Below, piece by piece: positions 17,986 through 26,810 of a stretch of DNA of 33,834 nucleotides. The stretch covers positions 1 through 33,834 of the forward strand of contig JBMFMB010000016.1 of the NCBI GenBank assembly GCA_049970895.1. Reading direction: 5' to 3'. The notes beneath the pieces are model-generated. The model was not told the DNA's origin and searched no databases. It saw only the letters and a program-made list of their open reading frames with translations. The DNA is from Candidatus Bathyarchaeia archaeon (GTDB lineage Archaea > Thermoproteota > Bathyarchaeia > Bathyarchaeales > Bathycorpusculaceae). A program made the position numbers and the translations under genes. Every line of letters begins with the position of its first letter. Position 1 is the stretch's first letter.

Positions 17986-19065
17986 CTATGCGGGGAGGGC
18001 AAACCTCAATAGGGAGGCAATTCCGCCCAAAGCGACAAGTTTTGCTCCAGCCTCGTGTTCTGTGCTCACAACCATGACTTTTCCGCCCTTCAGCTCCACA
18101 TCCTTCATTAATTGTTCCAAAAGCAAGCGTTCTTCATCCTCTGCACCGCGAAGCACCGTGTCAGCCAAAACAAGCTTCTCAACAGCCCCGTATTCAGAGG
18201 CTTTGCGTACTTCATCCAAGCCATAAACCACTGTACGTTCGCCTTTTCCAAGCCTTTTTAGGATTTCCTCAACAACCTCTGTTTCCTCAACAACCCTCAA
18301 GTGCTTCATGGTCTTTGTAAGAACCCCAGAGCGTATAGCCTCATAAATACCAGCAACACCACTGTTGTTCACACTCTTCACATCGACAACTGATTTGGCT
18401 ATTTCTGGAGCCTCCTTCTCCAAAAACTTTACAAAATCGTTTTTTATGAAGCCAACGCCAATTATCGCGATTGGGTTACGGGCTTCGCTCCAACTTTGAC
18501 GCAAGTTGCTTAGTACTTCTTGGAAAAACTCTTTGACAGCCATGCTTCTCCTTTCTGCTTCAAGTTTTCCAGGAAGTCTTGTTCGCTCCTCCACTTTCAC
18601 TTCAACGCCGTACTGGGTTGTTGTGGCTATTGCAAAGCCTTCATCATCTACCGCCACGATGATTACTGGTTTTTCAGAAGCTTTTCTAGCCATTTCCAGT
18701 CTTTCAAGTTGGTGGTTTGCCCACTCCTCCTTCACAATAGTTACTGGCGAGTTTAATGCAATGTTCAGCGTGTGATGTGCACCCGTTGGAATTATTTCTG
18801 GCGCGTGACAGATTGTTCCATGAACTCTAAGCCTTCCGAGAAGCTTGTCCCAAGCAACTTTCTCCACTTTAACGCCCATAAAAACTGAAACCCTTTCGCC
18901 TCGCTTCCCCCTAGAGTATTTCTCGTCTTGTTTTATCTCCCGCGATGTGTAGGCGTAAACCTCGTCGCCTTTATAAATAATGTTGTAGAGATGCCACAAA
19001 TCGTCAAATGTTTCTGGAACAACCTTCACAAAGCCCTTTTTAAGGTTCATCTCCAGAATCTTCAA
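17986..19065 (-). CDS. pelA: Pelota (Dom34) ribosome rescue factor
   Basis: Has PETFDDLWHL, RLRVHG, HHTLNI, PGK and LGGIASLLRF. Confidence 0.96.
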   Translation of the reverse strand: MKILEMNLKKGFVKVVPETFDDLWHLYNIIYKGDEVYAYTSREIKQDEKYSRGKRGERVSVFMGVKVEKVAWDKLLGRLRVHGTICHAPEIIPTGAHHTLNIALNSPVTIVKEEWANHQLERLEMARKASEKPVIIVAVDDEGFAIATTTQYGVEVKVEERTRLPGKLEAERRSMAVKEFFQEVLSNLRQSWSEARNPIAIIGVGFIKNDFVKFLEKEAPEIAKSVVDVKSVNNSGVAGIYEAIRSGVLTKTMKHLRVVEETEVVEEILKRLGKGERTVVYGLDEVRKASEYGAVEKLVLADTVLRGAEDEERLLLEQLMKDVELKGGKVMVVSTEHEAGAKLVALGGIASLLRFALPA

Positions 19066-19098
19066 CAGTTCTTTCCTCTTCTGCTAGCCGCTTTAATG

Positions 19099-19533
19099 TT
19101 AATACTTGCGGCTGTGGGGTCTCACAAGCTCCTCTAATATGCTTAGCATGTCCGGAACCTTTGTCACAATGTCGGTAAAAGTGATAATACCCACAAGTTC
19201 ATCGTTGTTTCTAGTGACGAGAAGACGCTTAATACCCTTCTTCACCATTAACCTAGCAGCCTCATTTATGCTAGCATTCTCATCAATCGTAATCACTGGA
19301 CTTGTCATAATCTGCCTAGCCGTCAAAGTCTCCGGAGCCAAACAAGGCTCAACAATCCTCCTCAAAATATCCCGCTCAGTAATTATCCCAACAGGTCTTT
19401 CACCCTGAACCACCACAACAGAACCTATATCAAACTTGTTCATGGTGGCGACAACCTCTTTAACGCTGGAATCCGGACGAACGACACGAACATTCTTTGA
19501 CATAACATCCCTAACAAGAACAATTCCAGCCAA
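19099..19533 (-). CDS. Tandem CBS-domain protein
   Basis: Has VRDVMS, GIITERD, IMTSPVIT and GIITFTD. Real start is the TTG at 19533; the ORF track extends it across the tRNA. Confidence 0.92.
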   Translation of the reverse strand: MAGIVLVRDVMSKNVRVVRPDSSVKEVVATMNKFDIGSVVVVQGERPVGIITERDILRRIVEPCLAPETLTARQIMTSPVITIDENASINEAARLMVKKGIKRLLVTRNNDELVGIITFTDIVTKVPDMLSILEELVRPHSRKY

Positions 19534-19628
19534 CAGACAACCTCCAACAAAACTAAAAAGATGCCAACAAGGTATTAAACTATTCTGAAACAAAATCTTT
19601 AATAGACGTCTCGTAACGTCTACATCTT

Positions 19629-19706
19629 GGGCCGGTAGATCAGCCTGGAATGATCGCAGCGTTGGCATCGCTGAGGTCGCGGGTTCGAATCCCGCCCGGT
19701 CCACCA
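19629..19706 (+). tRNA. tRNA-Ala(GGC), intronless, CCA encoded
   Basis: Acceptor GGGCCGG/CCGGTCC with G3:U70; anticodon arm CAGCG-TTGGCAT-CGCTG; T loop TTCGAAT. TATA-like TTTAATA at about 19598. Confidence 0.98.
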
Positions 19707-19765
19707 TAAATTTTATATATTGTTATATGGATGGATTATCCATCCAAGAGAAAGGAGAGGCAACT

Positions 19766-21568
19766 TTGAAAGAAAAAACCTCAATAATGGTATTGATTGT
19801 GGCGTTTTGCCTCTGCCTAGTCCTTATACAACCGCAAGTCAAAACGTGCACTGCGGAGGGATCCGCTTTCAAACTTGTGGACATGCTGCTGGATTATGGA
19901 AATGGAACACGCAAGTGGACTTCGTGCATACTGCAGGCGGGCAATGACACGGTGTATAACGCGACACAGCTTGTTGCCACATCCCTTAACGTCTCATGGT
20001 GTGATGGGGCGGCTTTTATTGACGCGATAGACGATGTTTGGAACAGCTACCCCTACTATTGGATGTGGTGGATCTGGAACAGTTCCGCTGGACGCTGGGA
20101 ACTTGGGCCCGTTGCGTGCAACCAATATGCCCTTGAAGACTGTGACATGGTAGCGTGGTATTATGAGGACTGCACGACTTGGCCGCCTAGTCCCCCGCCA
20201 AACCCTCCGGCGAAGAGGGTTGACGTTTTGCTGGATTATGGGAACGGAACCAGGGTTTCCTACGAAGACGTTGAGGTTTTGGGTTTTGCATCTGTCCTTA
20301 AAGCTACAAAGATGGTTGCAGCTGTTGAAATTTCATTATGGGGTACGGATGCCTTTGTAGAAGCTATAGACAATATTTGGAACGATCACGTCAACTACGT
20401 TTTCTTCTGGATTTACTGGTATTGGAACCAGTCAACTAAATGTTGGGAAATGGGGCAGGTAGCCGCCAACAAGCATGTTCTCGCAAACGGCGACACAATA
20501 GCATGGCTGTATGAAGACTGCACAGTTTGGCCGCCAGCCTCTCCACCCGTGACGAAGGTTGACATCTTGTTAGATTACGGAAACACCACTAGGGTGTGGT
20601 ATGAAAACGTGGAATTGCCGGGAACACCATCCGTTTTAAAGGCTACGAAGGCTGTTGCCTCCGTGGAATATACATTATGGGGTACTGATGTTTTTGTTGA
20701 CGCTATAAACGGCGTTTGGAACAGCTATCCCTATTATTGGATGTGGTGGTATTGGAACCACACGGCAAAGGGTTGGGAGTCTGGACCCGTTACATGCAAC
20801 AAATACATGCTCATTGACGGCGACATTATCGCATGGTACTACGAAAACTGTACAGTTTGGCCCGTGGAACCTCCGCCTTTAACACCTCATCCAACCGCCA
20901 GCTTCACATGGACACCTTCCATCCCAAAAGTTGGCCAAACAGTAACCTTTGACGCTTCGGCTTCAGTGCCCAATGGAGGTACAATAGTTGATTATGCTTG
21001 GAATTTTGGAGATGGAAGCATTTCTCATGGCCAAATGGTCGTTCATGCCTATAGTAGCCCAGGCACATACACTATAACTCTTAACGTCACGGACACCAAC
21101 GGCTTATGGGATGTTGAACAAAAACAAATAACAGTGGTTCAGCCACACGGTCCAAAAGCAGATTTTAAGGCCGTCCCGGAAATCGCGAAGGTGGGAGAAA
21201 GCATAAAGTTTGATGCTTCAACATCCCTTCCAGGATGGAATGGAACTCATACTATGCCAATAACAGAGTATCGCTGGAACTTCGGCGACGGAAATGTAAC
21301 GGTCACCAGCCAGCCGGTTGTGTACCACAGCTATGGCGCTGCTGGAAACTATTATGTGACTTTAACGGTTTATTCGCCTGGTGCAACTCCAGAAACGGAC
21401 TCAACAACTGTTAAGGTAACGGTGTTCGCGGTGCCAGTTGGGGGGCAATCAGTCTCCATAGAAACATCCCAAACCAAAGGGAGTTTGGAAATCTATACAG
21501 TGTTGGTGGCAATTATCACTGTCACTTTTGCTGTTGTTAAGCGAAACATTGCAAAGAGGTATGCTTAA
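19766..21568 (+). CDS. Surface protein: signal peptide, 3x DUF4430/transcobalamin-C-like beta-grasp domains, 2x PKD, PVGG motif and TM anchor
   Basis: Three repeats of VDxLLDYGN...F(I/V)xAI..W...(Y/F)W...G...L..GD..AW.YE.C..WP, starting at 19871, 20213 and 20552. Two WNFGDG PKD motifs and many N-X-S/T sequons. TTG start at 19766 follows GGAGAGG; TATA at 19711. Confidence 0.8.
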   Translation: MKEKTSIMVLIVAFCLCLVLIQPQVKTCTAEGSAFKLVDMLLDYGNGTRKWTSCILQAGNDTVYNATQLVATSLNVSWCDGAAFIDAIDDVWNSYPYYWMWWIWNSSAGRWELGPVACNQYALEDCDMVAWYYEDCTTWPPSPPPNPPAKRVDVLLDYGNGTRVSYEDVEVLGFASVLKATKMVAAVEISLWGTDAFVEAIDNIWNDHVNYVFFWIYWYWNQSTKCWEMGQVAANKHVLANGDTIAWLYEDCTVWPPASPPVTKVDILLDYGNTTRVWYENVELPGTPSVLKATKAVASVEYTLWGTDVFVDAINGVWNSYPYYWMWWYWNHTAKGWESGPVTCNKYMLIDGDIIAWYYENCTVWPVEPPPLTPHPTASFTWTPSIPKVGQTVTFDASASVPNGGTIVDYAWNFGDGSISHGQMVVHAYSSPGTYTITLNVTDTNGLWDVEQKQITVVQPHGPKADFKAVPEIAKVGESIKFDASTSLPGWNGTHTMPITEYRWNFGDGNVTVTSQPVVYHSYGAAGNYYVTLTVYSPGATPETDSTTVKVTVFAVPVGGQSVSIETSQTKGSLEIYTVLVAIITVTFAVVKRNIAKRYA

Positions 21569-23319
21569 TGAAAAAGGATGGAAACATCTACTACACGGTG
21601 GTCTTCAACGTCCTACTTTCTCTGCTGTTTATAATCCCCTTATTTTTAGCAAGGACCAGTGAAAAAGCAGTTTCGACAATTGAAGGTGAAACAGTTCCCC
21701 AACTAGAAACCCATCAAGGCGATAATAACAATATCAGTGATAGCTGGGGTTATGTCTCAAATTCTGAAACATCATCGCCCCAAAGCAACAACACCCCGTT
21801 ATCTAAAGCCTTAAACTACTTGAGAAGCGTCCAGGGGACCGATGGCAAAATATCAGATTTTGCAACTTCTTGTTGGGCGGTTATGGCAATTGCAGCCGCA
21901 GGGGAAGACCCCCACAACTGGAAAAAACCCGATGGAAAGTCCATAGTGGAATACTTGATCGATAACAAGGGTCAGCTTAATTCGAATGTTCCAACGGATG
22001 TTGCACGTTTTATTTTGGCAATGACGGCAGCTGGAGAAAACCCAAGAAATATAAATGGCACAAACTACGTGGAGATACTTGAAGGCTTCTTTAACAACAG
22101 CCAAATTGGAAGCCCATCACAGCTCAACGACGACTTTTGGGGCGTTATGGCACTTGTTTCGGCAGGCGAAAATGTAAGTTCAACAATTATCCGTGGATCG
22201 GTTAACTTCATTAAAACACATCAAAATGCTGACGGCGGTTGGAGTTGGGCTGTTGGCGTAACAAGCGATGTGGATGACACAGCTGCCGCAATTATGGCGC
22301 TGGTTTCCGCCGGCGAAGACCCTGAATCAAACACTATTGTTAAGGCGTTGCAGTACCTAAAAAATCAACAGCAATCAAACGGGGGCTTTCCAAGCTGGGG
22401 TGTTGTGAACAGCGCTTCTGATTCCTGGACCATAGACGCCATATGCAGTGTCGGCCAAGACCCAGCGGAATGGAAAGTGGATAACATCAGCGTGCTCGAT
22501 CACTTATTAAGCCTGCAGAATGTTGACGGTTCTTTCAACTGGACGACAACCGCCCCCGCCAACAAAGCGCTAATGACATCCTACGCCGTGGTTGCTCTCT
22601 GCAGAAGGCACTACCCGACAAACGGCCTCCACATCTATACCAGGATAGAGGGTAAACAGTCAACCATTTGGAGGCGTACGGTCTTTGTAGCATCATCTAT
22701 AATAGTTGACGACACTGGACAGTCGCATTACCTGCCAAAACCCACTGTTTTAGGCGCTTTGGACAAGGCGGCTGAAATCGGCGGATTCACCTACAAAGTT
22801 AGACAGACAGCCCTTGGCTTATACGTCTACTCAATAGCTGGAGAAGATGCAGCTGGACTGATGGGATGGTTGTACCGCGTAGACTATTACATGCCCTATG
22901 TAGGCATGGCTGATTTCGAATGGAACATTACATCGCCTCCAAACCCACCCCACAGGGAACTTTTAATCTACTATGGTGATTGGACGAATCTTCCGCTGAA
23001 AGTGTGGGTTGATAAGACAGAAGCGCATATCGGAGAAAACATAACAGTACTAGTCACATGTTACAACGACACTAGTGGCAGCTGGCAACCTGTCGAAGGG
23101 GCAACAGTCCATTTCCTATACAGAACATACACAACTAACGCCACGGGCTACGTTGTCATAACGGTGAGGTATGACCCGCCGCTATGGGCTGAGAAGGCGG
23201 GATACATACGAAGCGACGTGATCGAAGTCAAAATCACCATCAATTCAACAGGCTCCACCGTCACAAGCAGTAGTCAGCAAAACACTGAAGACTCCACTTT
23301 TTCTTCTAGACCCCCTTGA
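21568..23319 (+). CDS. Membrane-anchored alpha/alpha-barrel (prenyltransferase/squalene-oxidase repeat) protein with a DUF4430-like domain and a beta-sandwich
   Basis: N-terminal TM; repeats QGTDG, QNADGGW, QQSNGGF and QNVDGSF; then TVLGAL...GLYVYSIAG...GWLYRV...VG. Confidence 0.8.
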   Translation: MKKDGNIYYTVVFNVLLSLLFIIPLFLARTSEKAVSTIEGETVPQLETHQGDNNNISDSWGYVSNSETSSPQSNNTPLSKALNYLRSVQGTDGKISDFATSCWAVMAIAAAGEDPHNWKKPDGKSIVEYLIDNKGQLNSNVPTDVARFILAMTAAGENPRNINGTNYVEILEGFFNNSQIGSPSQLNDDFWGVMALVSAGENVSSTIIRGSVNFIKTHQNADGGWSWAVGVTSDVDDTAAAIMALVSAGEDPESNTIVKALQYLKNQQQSNGGFPSWGVVNSASDSWTIDAICSVGQDPAEWKVDNISVLDHLLSLQNVDGSFNWTTTAPANKALMTSYAVVALCRRHYPTNGLHIYTRIEGKQSTIWRRTVFVASSIIVDDTGQSHYLPKPTVLGALDKAAEIGGFTYKVRQTALGLYVYSIAGEDAAGLMGWLYRVDYYMPYVGMADFEWNITSPPNPPHRELLIYYGDWTNLPLKVWVDKTEAHIGENITVLVTCYNDTSGSWQPVEGATVHFLYRTYTTNATGYVVITVRYDPPLWAEKAGYIRSDVIEVKITINSTGSTVTSSSQQNTEDSTFSSRPP

Positions 23320-23402
23320 GAAGAAGCTTTCTGCTAGAACCCCAACCATACGAGGTTTTCCGCTGAAGCTTGGAAGTATTAGTCTGGATCTGTGGTGAGA
23401 AC

Positions 23403-23960
23403 ATGAATTGCCGACGAATTGCGCTGCTGTCGGTTTTGTCGGCGCTTTGCATTGGAATCCAGCTGACACCCAGACCACCAAACGTTGAATTTACATCCCT
23501 AATCTGTTTTGTAGTTGGGTTTATGTTCGGCGCCGTTTTGGGCGCAGTTCTCGGAGCATTAACAATGTTCATCAACGGCTTTCTCTCCCCATGGGGCGTC
23601 GCCGGCGTAGTAATGCCCTTCCAGATGGCAGGCATGGCTTTAATAGGCTTCACAGGAGGTGTTTACCGAAGAGTTTTAGGCAAAAATTATGTTGAAGTAA
23701 AAGATCCGCCGAAGATTCTGAATATTGAAGTTTCGTTTTTGGCGGCTTTCCTCACGCTTTTTTATGATGTGATCACAAATATTGGCTGGGCTTTGCCTTA
23801 TGGTGTTCCAATAATTGTCGCGTTGGTTCAGGGTGTATGGTTTACGGTGGTTCATGTTGCGTCAAACACGGTATTTTTTGGAAGTGCATTTTTTATCCTA
23901 GTTAGGGTCATAAGTAGCCTTTTAGGGGAGAACCAATGGAGATTTCAAAAAGAAGCCTAA
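23403..23960 (+). CDS. ECF transporter S component, CbrT-like (predicted corrinoid substrate)
   Basis: About six TMs with RRIALLSVLSALC, PNVEFTS, FYDVITN and HVASN. SD GGTGA. Confidence 0.78.
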   Translation: MNCRRIALLSVLSALCIGIQLTPRPPNVEFTSLICFVVGFMFGAVLGAVLGALTMFINGFLSPWGVAGVVMPFQMAGMALIGFTGGVYRRVLGKNYVEVKDPPKILNIEVSFLAAFLTLFYDVITNIGWALPYGVPIIVALVQGVWFTVVHVASNTVFFGSAFFILVRVISSLLGENQWRFQKEA

Positions 23961-24385
23961 CAATTTTCGGCTTAGGATGGTTAACCTCCCTAATCCTTTT
24001 GGGATGCATCGCCGGATATTATTATATGGAATGCCAAAACCTCGTTGCAAAACTTAGGGAGTATGAAGGGTGTGTTATGCGCGTCAACATATGTCTTAAT
24101 TATGGCAATGGAACTGCGAAATGGCACAATAACACTGTTGTGCTTGTGGGATGCGACCTTCTAAGCGCAACCAAAAGAGTAGCCACTGTGAACTACACTT
24201 ATTGGCCGTCTCAAAAAGCCAGTTTTGTAGACGCCATAAATAATGTCTGGAACAATGGAACCTATTACTGGATGTGGTACCGCTGGACAAATGATAGCTG
24301 GGAATATGGTCATGTCGGCGCAGACACATACATTTTATCTCCAAACGAGACAGTTATGTGGCGATACGAAAAACATTACCCATAA
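23936..24385 (+). CDS. Membrane-anchored single DUF4430-like domain protein
   Basis: TM and short coil, then VNICLNYGNGT...FVDAINNVWN..YYWMWY...WEYGHVGADTYIL...VMWRYE, clearly paralogous to the repeats of the first gene. Confidence 0.8.
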   Translation: MEISKRSLTIFGLGWLTSLILLGCIAGYYYMECQNLVAKLREYEGCVMRVNICLNYGNGTAKWHNNTVVLVGCDLLSATKRVATVNYTYWPSQKASFVDAINNVWNNGTYYWMWYRWTNDSWEYGHVGADTYILSPNETVMWRYEKHYP

Positions 24386-24396
24386 GGTGGATGCGT

Positions 24397-25671
24397 TTAT
24401 TCCTGCAGTTTAAAACGGAGAATTGCAGCTATCCCACCAAAAGAGTTTTTCAGCATCTGCCCTTCCTCGGTTTCGTCGGAGATTATTTCAACGTCTGTGT
24501 TTGTGTATTCGGCTAGTTGGGCGAAGTTTTCTATAAGCTCCTGCTTTTCAACTATACCTAAAGATGGAGCTTTGCAGTTAGGGCATGGCTTTCCTATAAG
24601 GCTTTGTTCAAAGCTTGTCAACACGGGTCCCTTAACTGTCTGTTGTTCCTCGTAGCCGCATGCATTGCACTTCACTTTTACGCGGGCAACGTCAAGCCCT
24701 TCTGAAAGCAATAGAGTTTTGACGGCACCTGCTTCCAAGGCTTTTCTCACGGCTTCTTCTCCATAAGTGGCCAGACCCGTATCATGGCCTATCTCATAAA
24801 GGAATTGCTGGACTATTTGGCGTTCTTCTATGTAGCGGATTTTCCTCATAATTTCAGGTGCCTTGTCAACTATTTCTTTTACTCCTTGCTCGTCAACATA
24901 AGCCGTGTCAACGGTGTCGATAATCTTCTCCTTCAACTGATAGTTTAGGTAATCGCCTTTTTCAAAGTCGTATTTTGTTGGGCCGGGCCCACCAATTATT
25001 ATGCCCTTCAAATTTTCTATGGGGAGAAACACCTCGTTTGCATGCTCTCCTACACGTCTAAAATACTCTTGGAGGCGCATTTCCCTAAGCCTTTCAAACC
25101 TTCTGGCAGATTGCCCCCCAGCCCGTGTTTTTCCAGGAACACCAGAGGTTACTTCCCTAACTATTTCGAGTCTTCTACCTTGAAGAGTTGCGAGGGTTGC
25201 GGCTGTCGCATCTATGAGGAGTATGCCATAAGTCTCCTTTTCCCGCAAAAGCTCTTGCAGATGCTCTGTGTGAAAGCGGGAATCGCACCTATACAAGTAA
25301 ATGTTTATGGGTTCAGGCGGTATTATCACATATGTTTCAATTTTCTCGCTTCCAGCACCATTTTGGGGAACCGCCCCGCAAAAAATTACAAGCCCATTTT
25401 CCGGAGTTTCCTTGAAAAGTTTTAGGCGCTGCTGAACCTTGACGATGGCGTCTTGGACGTTTTTTCGGGTTGTTGTAGATTTTATGTTGGAGGCGGTGCC
25501 ATACTCCTCCCTAAGCATGTTCATAACTTCGCTTATCTGCTTTCCGGGTGGAATGTAAAGTGAAATAAGCTCTGTTCCCCGTCCCTCTTTGTGGGCTAGC
25601 GTGTTCAATATCTTTTTTAACCGGAAAAGTTCGAGAGATGTCCTCTTTTTGGGGGCGCTCAAATTTTTCAC
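24397..25671 (-). CDS. prf1: Peptide chain release factor aRF1
   Basis: NIKS, YRCD and GGQ motifs; CxxC...CxxC insert in domain 3. Confidence 0.98.
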   Translation of the reverse strand: MKNLSAPKKRTSLELFRLKKILNTLAHKEGRGTELISLYIPPGKQISEVMNMLREEYGTASNIKSTTTRKNVQDAIVKVQQRLKLFKETPENGLVIFCGAVPQNGAGSEKIETYVIIPPEPINIYLYRCDSRFHTEHLQELLREKETYGILLIDATAATLATLQGRRLEIVREVTSGVPGKTRAGGQSARRFERLREMRLQEYFRRVGEHANEVFLPIENLKGIIIGGPGPTKYDFEKGDYLNYQLKEKIIDTVDTAYVDEQGVKEIVDKAPEIMRKIRYIEERQIVQQFLYEIGHDTGLATYGEEAVRKALEAGAVKTLLLSEGLDVARVKVKCNACGYEEQQTVKGPVLTSFEQSLIGKPCPNCKAPSLGIVEKQELIENFAQLAEYTNTDVEIISDETEEGQMLKNSFGGIAAILRFKLQE

Positions 25672-25737
25672 TTAAATTTTAATGGCTATAGAGCTACATG
25701 GCAAGGAGCCAAATAAAAATATTGGATTAAATAAAGG

Positions 25738-26721
25738 TTAGGACAGCCCTAAAACCTCTTTTAGAAAAGCCTTAAAAGGTCCAAGTTTGCCGCCATAATT
25801 GCCAGCAGAAACGCGCAAGACGCCTGAAACGTTTATGGCTGCTTTTATGCCTTCTCCCATAGCCTTTTTAACAGCCTCAACCGTTAAGCCATTAATGACT
25901 ATTTCGTAGACCGAGTTAACGTCTTCTGGAAGTTGGGAGTCTGCTACAACCTTTTTCAGCGTTGGACAGAAAGGATGATTTGTTGAAGCCTTAAGCTTGT
26001 ACTTCAAAGAGCCAGCCTTAGAACCAGACCTACAAACGCCACCTGGAAACGGCATTATAACCTCGCATGCATTGCTCTTTATTGCCTTTATGGCTTCCTC
26101 TGCGGCTTGCAGTCCCGAGTTTTTATCCTTTGCCAATATGAGGAAGTTTCCACCGGCAACAGCCTCTGCAACGCCAAATGAATCTTCCACAATGAATTCG
26201 CCTTCCATAACTGGGATTCTCCAGACTTTTCTCCCGCCGACAATGGCCTTCTTTTGGAAGCCGTCACCAAAGTAGCGGAGGCTCCGTCCAACCTTCATTC
26301 TTCTTTTTGCGTTTGGAAGAGCGTCAAATGCTGATGTTGTGGGGCATGTCATTATGCATTGTCCAACGCGGAGTATCATCTGGTTTTTTAGGTCGAAACG
26401 GTTCCGATTATAGATTTGGATTATGGCGCCCACTCTCCCGTCTGGAGTTTTTTCACCCGGAACAAGCCCCTCAACCCCAGCCTCCGCCGGAGCCATAATG
26501 ACACTTGTTGCAAATCCTGTTGCCACCTCAGCGGCTGTCAAAGCCCATTTTTCGCTGTCCGCTGTGATGAGCACTCTCCCAGCCCACATTGGAAACATTT
26601 CGGCAAACGTGTCCGCAACTTTAACTGTGTGCCCCTTCGCTGACTTTACTATGAAGCATGGTCCAAACTTGTCTTTTTCATCATAGCCCACTATTTCAAG
26701 CTTGGCTTCGCTTTGCAGCAT
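25738..26721 (-). CDS. ftr: Formylmethanofuran:tetrahydromethanopterin formyltransferase
   Basis: Has DTFAEMF, ATGFATSVI, TPDGR, RVGQCIMTCPTT, GGNFLI and SAGNYGGKLG. Confidence 0.96.
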   Translation of the reverse strand: MLQSEAKLEIVGYDEKDKFGPCFIVKSAKGHTVKVADTFAEMFPMWAGRVLITADSEKWALTAAEVATGFATSVIMAPAEAGVEGLVPGEKTPDGRVGAIIQIYNRNRFDLKNQMILRVGQCIMTCPTTSAFDALPNAKRRMKVGRSLRYFGDGFQKKAIVGGRKVWRIPVMEGEFIVEDSFGVAEAVAGGNFLILAKDKNSGLQAAEEAIKAIKSNACEVIMPFPGGVCRSGSKAGSLKYKLKASTNHPFCPTLKKVVADSQLPEDVNSVYEIVINGLTVEAVKKAMGEGIKAAINVSGVLRVSAGNYGGKLGPFKAFLKEVLGLS

Positions 26722-26810
26722 ACTCAAACCTAGCTTTGAGGATAAGCACAATATCATTTAAGACTTTTCACTTTCTAGGCGCGAAAACTTTCATGGTGAC
26801 TTCTATATTT

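Noticed and set aside
19534-19707. N-terminal extension of the CBS ORF (MVDRAGFEPATS...)
   Set aside because: It is the antisense translation of tRNA-Ala; the real start is at 19533.
19629-24396. Surface operon as an island integrated at tRNA-Ala
   Set aside because: No integrase and no direct repeat of the tRNA 3' end at the far boundary; only a 6-bp inverted match.
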